DNA of 21,802 nt from Candidatus Pacearchaeota archaeon RBG_13_36_9 (GCA_001786395.1 MFWN01000051.1:22807-44608), one strand, 5' to 3'. Positions 1-8,380 are shown, counted from the stretch's first letter. Notes: generated from the letters alone by a model not told the origin. Program-made: numbers and translations.

Positions 1-2
1 GC

Positions 3-134
3 GGAATTAAAAATATAGAAATGACAGAAACGTTTGTTAGCTTATGCAGGAAAGACAAGGCAAACGAGTATATTTACCAAAAATGTGAACTTGGGAGGGT
101 TTTAGTGGGATTTGAAAAAGAACAACCAGGATAA
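3..134 (+). CDS. 3' end of a CDS entering from upstream (hypothetical protein, partial)
   Basis: Frame 3 is open from the window edge to TAA at 132-134 (...TETFVSLCRKDKANEYIYQKCELGRVLVGFEKEQPG*). The stop sits 1 nt before ATG 136 of the next gene. No family recognised. Confidence 0.3.
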   Translation, partial: GIKNIEMTETFVSLCRKDKANEYIYQKCELGRVLVGFEKEQPG

Positions 135-135
135 A

Positions 136-708
136 ATGATAAAAAGAAACAAAAAAGGAACTCGCGCCTTGACTTTAGATAGAGATAAAATGTTACTTAA
201 GTCAAAACGCTCGCAAAACGAGATAGTGGGATTTGTGATGATTGTAGTAATAGTAGTAATTATAGGGCTATTTTTGCTGGCTTTTTACTTAAGGCGGGAT
301 ACTGTAAGAACAGAGAGCAAGAATGTAGAGAACTTCCTGGTAGCTAGCCTTCCTTATACTACCTCCTGTAAAGTGGATATAGAGCCACTAAATATAAAAG
401 AGCTAACTAAAAGATGCTATGAAAAAAGGATGTGTGGAGAAAATGACAGCTGCGTTATTTTAAACGAAACATTTTCAGAGCTTCTGGAACAAGCTTGGAA
501 ACTTAATTCCAACAGACCTATAAACTATTATAATTTGAAGGTCTATTACAGAGAGGGGGGGACAGAGAACGGGGAGGAGAAAATAAAAAATGAAGAAATA
601 CTCGTTTTGAAACAGGGCAATTGCACGGGCGCAAAAACAGGAGCTGAAAAGTTTTTCAGGCATGGTATGGGGGATATTTTTCTAGAATTAGAGCTATGCT
701 ATAACTAA
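136..708 (+). CDS. Hypothetical N-terminally membrane-anchored, Cys-containing protein
   Basis: The ORF-track start (TTG 112) overlaps the upstream CDS, whereas ATG 136 follows that stop by 1 nt. The protein has a basic N-terminus, one hydrophobic helix (IVGFVMIVVIVVIIGLFLLAFYL) and a soluble domain with 6 Cys and NxS/T sequons. No family recognised. Confidence 0.6.
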   Translation: MIKRNKKGTRALTLDRDKMLLKSKRSQNEIVGFVMIVVIVVIIGLFLLAFYLRRDTVRTESKNVENFLVASLPYTTSCKVDIEPLNIKELTKRCYEKRMCGENDSCVILNETFSELLEQAWKLNSNRPINYYNLKVYYREGGTENGEEKIKNEEILVLKQGNCTGAKTGAEKFFRHGMGDIFLELELCYN

Positions 709-1068
709 CTATAAATTAACTGTAATTGTCAGGCTGTCAGCTGACAAAATGGGCTTTAACATCTCTCTTTTGCCCTGCCGGTTGGTTTCTAACTCCAAAA
801 GGCCGAATTTTTCCAAAAGCTTGACATCCTGCCTAACTGACTTAAAGTCCCTGCCAAGCACTTTAGCAAGACCGTAGATTGAAGAGGGGTCTTTTGTCTT
901 TATTGTATGCAAAATGCGTGCCCTTTCATCGCTTAGCAGCTGTCTAAGGGCGGAGATTCCTGAAAAATCATAATCCCCGCCTTTACCTCTAAGCCTTCGG
1001 AAAATGCCTGAAAAAGAACCAGTGGTTATGTTCAGAGTAATATTCCTTGTAGTTGGAGTTTTTGCCAT
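709..1068 (-). CDS. Small winged-helix DNA-binding regulator (ArsR/MarR-like; resembles the archaeal COG4190-type predicted regulators)
   Basis: 119 aa. The core LSDERARILHTIKTKDPSSIYGLAKVLGRDFKSVRQDVKLLEKFGLLEL reads as helix-turn-helix plus wing. The gene is divergent from the S-layer gene across a 425-bp AT-rich spacer. Family assignment is from memory of motif style, not a search. Confidence 0.65.
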   Translation of the reverse strand: MAKTPTTRNITLNITTGSFSGIFRRLRGKGGDYDFSGISALRQLLSDERARILHTIKTKDPSSIYGLAKVLGRDFKSVRQDVKLLEKFGLLELETNRQGKREMLKPILSADSLTITVNL

Positions 1069-1494
1069 TTTAAATTTAAGCTTTTCTTATGAAAATACAA
1101 TAAGGCTCATAGTATATAAACTTATTTATATATTATCAAAATATCTTTTATACATATATGTTTAATTTAACAATATATTGTATTTTAAACCCCATATATA
1201 AAAAATCATGCTTTTTAATCCAACTAACTTAATTTGTGAAAAATACATTTAATTATGTAGTGATAACATAATATTTATAAAGTAATTTAAGATTAAAGCT
1301 TCAATTTTATTTGAATAATCCGAAACCTTTATAAACAAAGGATAACAAAATATTATATTGCCAAAAAAAAGATGAAAAAACTGGCCATTGACAAGATTCT
1401 GAATAGGGATAACAGGAACACATGTCAAGCAGGATGATATATTCCCTATTATATATTGTTTTGCGAGACAATGTCTAAAAGATATTTAATATGA
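1069..1494. promoter_or_regulatory. Long AT-rich divergent intergenic region with promoter candidates for the S-layer gene and the wHTH gene
   Basis: About 425 bp with no convincing ORF. There are several TATA-like boxes, e.g. tttataaa at 1328-1335 preceded by purine-rich cgaaacc. The transcription start site cannot be determined from sequence alone. Confidence 0.4.
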
Positions 1495-1500
1495 TTGAAA

Positions 1501-1505
1501 GGAGG
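1501..1505 (+). promoter_or_regulatory. Shine-Dalgarno-like ribosome binding site for the S-layer gene
   Basis: GGAGG lies 7 nt upstream of ATG 1513 (gaaaGGAGGtttaaaaATG). Confidence 0.55.
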
Positions 1506-1512
1506 TTTAAAA

Positions 1513-4083
1513 ATGAATTTTAATTTTAAGAAGATTACATCAGTGATAGCGAGCGCTGTGATGCTTGGAAGCACTATAGGCTTTGCTGCTGCAGCAAATT
1601 ACCCTGCTCCTTTTGTACAAGGAGGAGCTGCAAACGTGGGTATTGTCATGGGAGCAGATGCCGCAAATAGTGACTATTTAGCTGCTGTAGGTTTAGGCCA
1701 GGCTTTGCAAGCTGAACTTGCAAAACAAACTGCCACAACCACAACAACCGGTGGTACAACTTCAGGAGAAGGAGTCAATATGGCTACTTCTGCCAGAGGA
1801 CTGTACTATGGCGATGCTTTGAATGTTGCAAGAACAACTCTGACATCTTCAGAGTTACCAAATGTCCTTGCAGATGGAACATTCGGAGATTTGACAGGCA
1901 CAGAATACACTTATAACCAGCAAATAGTTGTAGGCAACACAGTCACTACTTTTGACACCAGCGGAGGAGACCTAGATGACCCTGTTTTGTATCTAGATGT
2001 AGGAACTGTTGCAGGCGACCCACTATATAACTATACATTAAGTTTCAACAAAAACCTTAATGTATCAGACTCTACAAATGTACAAGGACAAAAGATAAGC
2101 ATCCTTGGTGTAGACTATATTATAGGGGCCGGTTCGACAAACACTACACTTTATTTATATGGCTCTGGAGAGACTATAGTAGTTTCTCAGGATGAGGCTC
2201 AGACAGTTTCTATCGGGGGCGATGACCATGTAATAGAGTTAGTAACTACAACTGGAACAAACACCGCGAAAATAAGTGTTGACGGCTCAACAAGGTCTGT
2301 TACAAAAAGTAGCAGGTATCAATTCCCAGGGGATGTTGTTGTATATGTAAAAGACGTTACACATCCATCTTACCAGGGTGACTTGAGAAGCGTCGAACTT
2401 ATAATTGGAGCAAAAGCTTTGAAACTTGAAAACGGGAAGAAGGCAAAAACTGGAGCAGAGGAAGCATCCATAAAAGAGACAAATGTAGTGATAGCTGCTG
2501 CAGAGCATGGAGTTATCTCTGGACTTACAGTCCAGGTAGCTATGGCTAACAGCGAAACAGACCACTTGGCTGCAGGAGATTCCTTCACAGACCCTGTTTT
2601 TGGAGGATTAAGCGTACAGCTCTCGGGCGCAGTGCCAGCACTAGATTCTGAAGCTAGAGGAACAATAAAAGTTGACACAGACAACAGCAGATTTGGATAT
2701 CTTACATTTACCAGCGCAAAAGCTGGAAGTGCAGGAGAACAAAAACTGACTTATGCATACGACAACGATACTTCTGATAGCACTACACAGCCATTACTGG
2801 CTCACCAGACTATAGCAAGTGCTGACAAAGGACACATATGGGTCGTTGAAGGACAAAACGCAAAAGAAGGCGACTGGATTGTTGTTAACCAGGGAGATTC
2901 TGGAGTTATCTTAGAAATTGATGACATTGAAAATGACCCTGACGCTTTGACCATAGATGTTACTTTGACAGATGCTATAACACAGGTTAGCGAGACAAAA
3001 ACTCTTGCAAACGCCACTGGAGGATTCACCAAAGAAGTCAGCATGTTTGGCGGAACTGGTTACACCATTTACGCAAACAGAGCAGGCACCACTCTTAACA
3101 TAACTTGGGATTCAACTACTGCAACAACAGTATTCCCAAGAATAAAGTTGAAAGATGGCGGATACCTTGCTTTACTAACTGACGAAACTATTGCAAATGG
3201 AACAAGCATAATCCTTCCAAATGGAGACACTACACTAACAACAAGCGGAACAAAGATAAGCAACGAAACAGGCTATTTAACAGTAGGAGAGATTAACTGG
3301 ACTGTCTATAATAATGCAGGTTCAGCTGAGATAGTTGGAATTGAAGCAGGAACAACTGATTGCAATTTTAGTGCTGCAGCAGGACCAGCTGTCTTATTTA
3401 TTGAACCAAAGAAATGGGACGATTCAACATATGGAGATTTCATATGCGTGCCATTGACAATAACAAGCGGCTCAAGCGCTGAGATAAAAGTAGGCACTCC
3501 AGTAGTTAATGGAACAGGCTCTGGTTTCAAGACTTTCACATCAGATACCTACAAGAAGCAAGCTGTAGACCAATACGGTACACTTGTAACGTATGAAGAC
3601 AGAACTAATGAGAACGGGGCTGCTACTATTGCATACCCTGCATCTCAAATGAAGATAGATACCTTCTTTACTGAAGTGGGAGCAACTGTAACGCCTGGAT
3701 CAGGCGGAACAGGAAGTGTCGAGGAACTAGGAAACTCAGCTGTTACAGATGCTGAAGTTTCTAGTGTACAAGAGAAAAACCTTATCGTAGTTGGAGGCAG
3801 CTGCATTAACAGCGTAGCATCTAAAATACTCGGTGGCAGCTATTGCGGACCTGCTTTCACAGACGCAACAAAAGGAAATGGAACTGGCGTTGGCGCAGAC
3901 CAATTCCTTATAAAGGTAGTTGATTCCCCTTATACAACAGGAAGAATCGCTATGCTAGTTGCAGGATATGAAGCAGCAGACACAACAAAAGCTGTAGAGT
4001 ACCTAAAGAACGAGGGACCAGTTTCCACTACTGTAGGTACAGAGCTGAAGAAAGTTACTGCAACCTATGCTGACGTAGAATAA
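1513..4083 (+). CDS. S-layer protein (Methanococcales MJ0822-like S_layer_N / S_layer_C architecture)
   Basis: The ORF track gives 1495..4083, but ATG 1513 has the RBS. Signal peptide: MNFNFKKITSVIASAVMLGSTIGFAAA. The N-terminal region ANYPAPFVQGGAANVGIVMGADAANSDYLAAVGLGQAL and the C-terminal region EKNLIVVGGSCINSVASKIL...GRIAMLVAGYEAADTTKAVEYL match the conserved ends of archaeal S-layer proteins as I recall them. The protein is Thr/Gly/Ser-rich with many NxS/T sequons and 4 Cys. It has no C-terminal TM anchor. Confidence 0.8.
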   Translation: MNFNFKKITSVIASAVMLGSTIGFAAAANYPAPFVQGGAANVGIVMGADAANSDYLAAVGLGQALQAELAKQTATTTTTGGTTSGEGVNMATSARGLYYGDALNVARTTLTSSELPNVLADGTFGDLTGTEYTYNQQIVVGNTVTTFDTSGGDLDDPVLYLDVGTVAGDPLYNYTLSFNKNLNVSDSTNVQGQKISILGVDYIIGAGSTNTTLYLYGSGETIVVSQDEAQTVSIGGDDHVIELVTTTGTNTAKISVDGSTRSVTKSSRYQFPGDVVVYVKDVTHPSYQGDLRSVELIIGAKALKLENGKKAKTGAEEASIKETNVVIAAAEHGVISGLTVQVAMANSETDHLAAGDSFTDPVFGGLSVQLSGAVPALDSEARGTIKVDTDNSRFGYLTFTSAKAGSAGEQKLTYAYDNDTSDSTTQPLLAHQTIASADKGHIWVVEGQNAKEGDWIVVNQGDSGVILEIDDIENDPDALTIDVTLTDAITQVSETKTLANATGGFTKEVSMFGGTGYTIYANRAGTTLNITWDSTTATTVFPRIKLKDGGYLALLTDETIANGTSIILPNGDTTLTTSGTKISNETGYLTVGEINWTVYNNAGSAEIVGIEAGTTDCNFSAAAGPAVLFIEPKKWDDSTYGDFICVPLTITSGSSAEIKVGTPVVNGTGSGFKTFTSDTYKKQAVDQYGTLVTYEDRTNENGAATIAYPASQMKIDTFFTEVGATVTPGSGGTGSVEELGNSAVTDAEVSSVQEKNLIVVGGSCINSVASKILGGSYCGPAFTDATKGNGTGVGADQFLIKVVDSPYTTGRIAMLVAGYEAADTTKAVEYLKNEGPVSTTVGTELKKVTATYADVE

Positions 4084-4090
4084 AGTTAAA

Positions 4091-4125
4091 TTTTCTTTTT
4101 TTCTTTTTTTCTTTTTTGTTTTTTA
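4091..4125 (+). terminator. Oligo-T terminator region after the S-layer gene
   Basis: ttttctttttttctttttttcttttttgtttttt lies immediately downstream of the stop. Archaeal termination typically occurs at T-runs. Confidence 0.5.
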
Positions 4126-4227
4126 ATCTTGTTACTCAAAACTTTCTGAAATTGTATATTTCAGCCTATAAAAATGCTTAAAAGGAGGGGTGTTTTAGGA
4201 AAGGCAAATAAAAATACCTGATTGGAC

Positions 4228-4680
4228 ATGAGATTAAGATTAATAAATATTAGCTCTTTGATAACTCTTTACAATGGCATTTATGCAATGGCTTTTGGAA
4301 TATTTATGATAATATTCAGCAGGTTTTTGATTAAAAAATATTTCGAGCCGTTTCCGGAGATTTGGGAGATTCTTGTTAAAAAATGGATAAGGGACCTCTC
4401 CCAGTATCATCTAATTTTAATCTATACTGGGTTTCTCTTGATTTCATTTGGAATATTTATTATCTACCTGTCAGCTTTTATAATGAAAAGAAAGGACAAT
4501 CTTGCCTGGGCAGTCTTATTTTTCGGCGGGCTTATCGGATGGGCAAGCATTTTTGTAGTAAATATACTTGCAAAAAACTTCATAATGATTGTGCTTAGCT
4601 TTCTTGGATGGGCAAGTTTTATTATAGGGATGGTTATTCCAATAAAGTATTATCTTCAAAAGGGGTATCCTAAATTTTAA
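4228..4680 (+). CDS. Small polytopic membrane protein (about 4 TM helices), unknown function
   Basis: The ORF-track start 4222 is TTG, and ATG is at 4228. There are four long hydrophobic segments (AMAFGIFMIIFSRFLI, LILIYTGFLLISFGIFIIYLSAFI, AVLFFGGLIGWASIFVVNIL, IMIVLSFLGWASFIIGMVI). Confidence 0.6.
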   Translation: MRLRLINISSLITLYNGIYAMAFGIFMIIFSRFLIKKYFEPFPEIWEILVKKWIRDLSQYHLILIYTGFLLISFGIFIIYLSAFIMKRKDNLAWAVLFFGGLIGWASIFVVNILAKNFIMIVLSFLGWASFIIGMVIPIKYYLQKGYPKF

Positions 4681-4732
4681 TCTCTATTGAACTTATAGAA
4701 TAGTTTTTAAACTGACAGATTCTTATTAAAAA

Positions 4733-5317
4733 ATGAGAAAAATAGTCACCTCGCAAGAGAAAGAAAAAAAAGACAGAAGAAATAAGATTCTAATTGGAAT
4801 TATTTTGGTAATTCTAATGGTTCTTAGCACTGCAGGCTATGCCTTTTTCTCAGGAGAAAGAGAGAATGGCAGCAGCGAGAAAATAACCTACAACGGGATA
4901 AATTTTGTCCGCGGCGATAGCGGAGTATGGGCTTTTGAGCTGCAAAATATACAATTTTATACGCAATACAATCCTCAAGAAACAGCAAATATACCTTCTT
5001 TAATCCTTCGCTCTCCTGGAGATTACAGCGGGCAGCCATTGTTTTTCCTTGGCCAAAGCGGTGCCAGGCGAGAAATAGAGTATAACTTAAGGAATATTGT
5101 TACAAGGTCGCAAGAAGGATGCATTCCCGGATATGAGAAAAGATGCAGCAACGAAACCCCAATTAAGAACTGTTCAACTGAAAATATAATAGTCATTGAA
5201 GAATCCAATGATACAAGAATCACTCAGGAGGAAAACTGCATCTTTATAAAAGCTCCGTATGAGAATCAGACATTAGTCGGAGATGCTTTTATCTTCAAAT
5301 TACTGGGTGTACAATAA
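4733..5317 (+). CDS. Signal-anchored extracytoplasmic protein, paralog of the next gene (unknown family)
   Basis: Basic N-terminus, one TM helix (ILIGIILVILMVLSTAGYAFF), then an ectodomain with 4 Cys and several NxS/T sequons. It shares the motifs YNGINF, YNPQETANIP and IIVIEESNDTRI with 5327..6061. Confidence 0.65.
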   Translation: MRKIVTSQEKEKKDRRNKILIGIILVILMVLSTAGYAFFSGERENGSSEKITYNGINFVRGDSGVWAFELQNIQFYTQYNPQETANIPSLILRSPGDYSGQPLFFLGQSGARREIEYNLRNIVTRSQEGCIPGYEKRCSNETPIKNCSTENIIVIEESNDTRITQEENCIFIKAPYENQTLVGDAFIFKLLGVQ

Positions 5318-5326
5318 ACTTAAAAA

Positions 5327-6061
5327 ATGAAAGAAAAGATTGAAGTCAAAGACGAAACTAAAGCTAAAGAAGAAAAGGCCAAAGAAGAACCTGCTGAAAC
5401 AAAACTGCCTGATGCAAAAGAAGAAGGCAAACAGGCGACAGACTACTCCAAACAGACAAAAGTTCTGGCTCTGGTCATAGCGATTTTAATAATATCTACA
5501 GTCGGAGTTTATTGGTTTTTTAAAAAAGATGCAGCAATTAACTTCAACGGAATTAAGTTTTCTAAATCACAAGAGGGAAATATTCTTTATTATAAATCCC
5601 TTCTAGGCTATGTTACTGCTAGCGGCGAGGAGATTCCATTTATATTAAAGCTTAGGACAAACCCCGAAGAGTTAAATGAGATACCGGTAAATGGAAAAAT
5701 AGAGATGTTAAAAGAGGCCGTAATAACTCTTTCCCCACAAATCGCTAACTGCTCAAACACAGCTATAACTATGCTAAATATGGGGATGATATTAAAAGCA
5801 TTTGGCATTAATGCAACTCCGGCAACTACTGATGTAAATTATTCAATCCAGTACAATGCAACAATCGCAGACTGCAGAAGCTCACTTAATAGGACTGTGA
5901 TAGTCTTCCAAGAAGGGAATGAAACAAGAATAGACAGAGAAACATTTGTGTTTAAAAACTGCTATGTTATTCAACTAAACAACTGCGAGATTAGAGAAGG
6001 CTATGAAAGGTTTATCCTTGGCTATATTTCAGATGGTATAGTCAATAATACTACCTTTTAA
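5327..6061 (+). CDS. Signal-anchored extracytoplasmic protein with K/E-rich cytoplasmic N-tail, paralog of the previous gene
   Basis: It starts 9 nt after the previous stop. A 45-aa K/E-rich N-tail is followed by a TM helix (VLALVIAILIISTVGVYWFF) and an ectodomain with 4 Cys and many sequons. Motifs FNGIKF, TNPEELNEIP and VIVFQEGNETRI align with 4733..5317. Confidence 0.65.
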   Translation: MKEKIEVKDETKAKEEKAKEEPAETKLPDAKEEGKQATDYSKQTKVLALVIAILIISTVGVYWFFKKDAAINFNGIKFSKSQEGNILYYKSLLGYVTASGEEIPFILKLRTNPEELNEIPVNGKIEMLKEAVITLSPQIANCSNTAITMLNMGMILKAFGINATPATTDVNYSIQYNATIADCRSSLNRTVIVFQEGNETRIDRETFVFKNCYVIQLNNCEIREGYERFILGYISDGIVNNTTF

Positions 6062-6563
6062 AAAGGGTCTTTAAATCAGAGTATAAAGGAATTCTTTTAA
6101 TCTTAAACAGCCAGGCAGTAAAGAACCATATAACTACAACAAGAGAAATGCTCATAAAGTACCAGAACAAGCGATGCAGCAAGTCAAAATAAGCATAATC
6201 TTCTACTAAAAGAGCTGAAAAAAGAACTATCCTCAAGATATTTACTGTTAAGAGCAAAAACAGGGAAAAAAACAGGGAAAAAACCCTCTGTTTAGCAGTC
6301 ATCTCTGTTGTAAGATTTAAAATCAAAAGAAGATAATAGGCAGAGCCTGCAACACATGCGCTTACAATCCCTATTTCCAAGCCAGCTACTTTTAGAACAG
6401 AGCCGCTTAAAGATACCTCATAAAACAGCTTAAGGAGAAAATAAGAGGGCAGTATAGTTAAATAGAAGAAAATAAGATAGAACAAACTTGAGAATATTCC
6501 TAAAACCAAAAGTACAAAGTACCTAATGAGTATATATATTATTGCTTTCTCTTTTTTATTCAT
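6051..6563 (-). CDS. Miniature exosortase/archaeosortase-family-like integral membrane protein (putative archaeosortase)
   Basis: 170 aa and almost entirely TM helices. The single Cys (C70, VSACVAGS) is embedded in a helix. Arg111 (NILRIVLF) lies 41 residues later, followed by His130-Arg131 (DLLHRLFWY). This Cys/Arg/His-Arg layout is the catalytic pattern of the exosortase/archaeosortase family. The gene sits directly downstream of a protein with a C-terminal TM+basic tail. Its 3' end overlaps 5327..6061 convergently by 11 nt. Confidence 0.6.
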   Translation of the reverse strand: MNKKEKAIIYILIRYFVLLVLGIFSSLFYLIFFYLTILPSYFLLKLFYEVSLSGSVLKVAGLEIGIVSACVAGSAYYLLLILNLTTEMTAKQRVFSLFFSLFLLLTVNILRIVLFSALLVEDYAYFDLLHRLFWYFMSISLVVVIWFFTAWLFKIKRIPLYSDLKTLFKR

Positions 6564-6581
6564 GAACTAAGAAATAAATGG

Positions 6582-6593
6582 CTATTTAAATAG
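6582..6593 (-). promoter_or_regulatory. TATA-box candidate for the archaeosortase-like gene
   Basis: ctatttaaatag lies about 20-30 nt upstream of ATG 6563. The spacing fits a leaderless or near-leaderless archaeal transcript. Confidence 0.4.
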
Positions 6594-6601
6594 TTTAATG
6601 T

Positions 6602-6637
6602 CAAAAAATTAAAAAAAATTAAAAAAGAAAAAAAGAA
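6602..6637 (-). terminator. Oligo-T terminator region after the 550-aa surface protein gene
   Basis: The plus strand shows A-runs (caaaaaattaaaaaaaattaaaaaagaaaaaaag), i.e. T-runs on the coding strand, immediately after the stop at 6645. Confidence 0.4.
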
Positions 6638-6644
6638 ATAATTT

Positions 6645-8297
6645 CTATTTTGCCGTTATTATCCTTCTTGCTACCAAAATTATCGCTATGATTAACACTA
6701 GGTTAATCACAACAATCAGCCAGATAAACCAGTTTTCCCTCAAATTATCCGTGATGACTGAGCCGGTTACAGGGGACGTAGCTGCGCTTTTTTCTATTGC
6801 AACAGATACTTCCTGTTCTTCGCTTTCTCCTGTTCCAAAATCTGTCCTTATTTTGAAGAATTGCTCTCCTGCGGTGTCTTTGCCAACATTCAGGTAAACT
6901 AGAAAGTCCTGCGAACTTCCTGCATCCAGAGTTATCAGCCTGGGCTCTATCTTATCAAGACTTGCCCAGGAACTATAATCAAGCACAGACAAAACATAAG
7001 CTGTTTTCTCGTCGCCTGTGTTTTTTATTGTTCCTTTGATTTTAAGCTGTTCTCCTTCCACAGCATCTGACTCGAGAGCAGCAGTTATAGTTGCCCCCAG
7101 GTTCTGCTCAATTTCGCAGTTTCCCTTGATCTCTATAGGGTATTCTACGGTCTTAAGCTCTCCGAATTGGTCATCATTATCATCGTAGTCGTACTCTATC
7201 TTGAACTTAAGCTTGTAGTTTCCCTCTTGCAAATCACTTGGAACTGTTACAGGGAAAGTTACTTTCTCTGCTTTATCGTCCCAGTCTAACTTGGATATCT
7301 CCCTTGAGACTTCAGAACCAAAGACAGAACCTAAAAGTGTTACTTTTATCTTGTCTTCCCTGGCTCTTCCTACGTTTGCAATCCATAAGCCCGCGTCTAT
7401 TGTTGAGCCGCAAGTTAAAAGCTCCGGAAGGTCTGTCTTTGTAACAACTACATCTGTTTTATCCCTTTCTATCTGCAAAGGAATTCCCTCTACAGCGTCC
7501 AAGGATGCAGATTTTTCATTGTCTCCAACAACAGTGCATATCTCTTCCTCGCCATCGTCATCATCATAGGCTTTTATGTAAAGAACATAACGAGTGCCCC
7601 TCTCTAAGTCGTAAGGAACCTCGAATGTGAATTCTATTTCACTGTAGTCATTGCTGTCTATATCTACTGTATCATCTTCGCCTATATCCAAGAATTCTTT
7701 TGTATCTTTATCATATATATCCCACTCTATTCTTGCAGTCCGGTCATTATCATCGTCGTTGTTTTTTACCTTAACTGTTAGGGTTATCTCATCCTGAGGA
7801 TACCATTTCCAGTCATCATCTGAAGATGAGCCACTTTCATCAATGCTTCTTATCTCAAAAACAGAGTTGTTGACTGGCCCGTTTTCACAATAACTTTTCT
7901 TTGTCCTAAAAGTTATAGATTTTGTCACATTTTCATCAGAGGCGTTACTAGTTGCTTTTATATCCAAATTTACAGAATAAATTCCATAGTCCAATGCGTC
8001 TATGCTATCTGGGTTTACTGATGCAGAAATTGCTTCATTTTGACCTGCAGCCAGTGTAAACGTATATTTATCAAGTGTAACAAGTACTTCTTTATCTCCA
8101 TCGGTTATGGATATAACTGAAGGGATAACAAAGTTAGCTGTTTCGTTTCCAGTGTTAGTTAGGGTAATTTTTGCGATATCCGTAGTTTGTGTGAACACAA
8201 CAACTGCCGGATCAACTGTAAAACCTACGCTAGCACTTGCAATCGCTGATAGCAAAATAGTTGTCAATAAAATCAAATTCAAAAATTTAGCTTCCAT
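6645..8297 (-). CDS. Secreted cell-surface protein with repeated beta-sandwich-like modules and a C-terminal TM+basic sorting tail (putative archaeosortase substrate)
   Basis: Signal peptide: MEAKFLNLILLTTILLSAIASA. Internally repeated modules end in the similar motifs FTFEVPYDLERGTRYVLYIKAYDDDDGEEE and VTFPVTVPSDLQEGNYKLKFKIEYDYDDNDDQ (CARDB / COG1361-style). There are acidic D-rich loops and 4 Cys. The C-terminus is ...SPVTGSVITDNLRENW-FIWLIVVINLVLIIAIILVA-RRIITAK. Confidence 0.75.
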   Translation of the reverse strand: MEAKFLNLILLTTILLSAIASASVGFTVDPAVVVFTQTTDIAKITLTNTGNETANFVIPSVISITDGDKEVLVTLDKYTFTLAAGQNEAISASVNPDSIDALDYGIYSVNLDIKATSNASDENVTKSITFRTKKSYCENGPVNNSVFEIRSIDESGSSSDDDWKWYPQDEITLTVKVKNNDDDNDRTARIEWDIYDKDTKEFLDIGEDDTVDIDSNDYSEIEFTFEVPYDLERGTRYVLYIKAYDDDDGEEEICTVVGDNEKSASLDAVEGIPLQIERDKTDVVVTKTDLPELLTCGSTIDAGLWIANVGRAREDKIKVTLLGSVFGSEVSREISKLDWDDKAEKVTFPVTVPSDLQEGNYKLKFKIEYDYDDNDDQFGELKTVEYPIEIKGNCEIEQNLGATITAALESDAVEGEQLKIKGTIKNTGDEKTAYVLSVLDYSSWASLDKIEPRLITLDAGSSQDFLVYLNVGKDTAGEQFFKIRTDFGTGESEEQEVSVAIEKSAATSPVTGSVITDNLRENWFIWLIVVINLVLIIAIILVARRIITAK

Positions 8298-8380
8298 TTT
8301 TTAGATCAATAGATCAATTTTGTTACGATTTTATAGTCACAATAAGCTATATAAAGATTTCTATAAGTTAATATATATTA

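Noticed and set aside
1372-1437. 21-aa mini-ORF (MKKLAIDKILNRDNRNTCQAG) in the S-layer upstream region
   Set aside because: It is too short, has no RBS or TATA at an appropriate distance, and shows no motif. It is likely chance.
2287-3539. Five minus-strand ORFs (62-104 aa) inside the S-layer gene
   Set aside because: They are antisense shadows of a long, well-supported plus-strand CDS. Their composition is Cys/Phe/Ser-rich nonsense, with no start context or family resemblance.
6688-8304. Plus-strand ORFs (65-92 aa) antisense to the 550-aa surface protein gene, and 8838..9029 antisense to dph2
   Set aside because: They are shadow ORFs of supported minus-strand genes with no independent signals.
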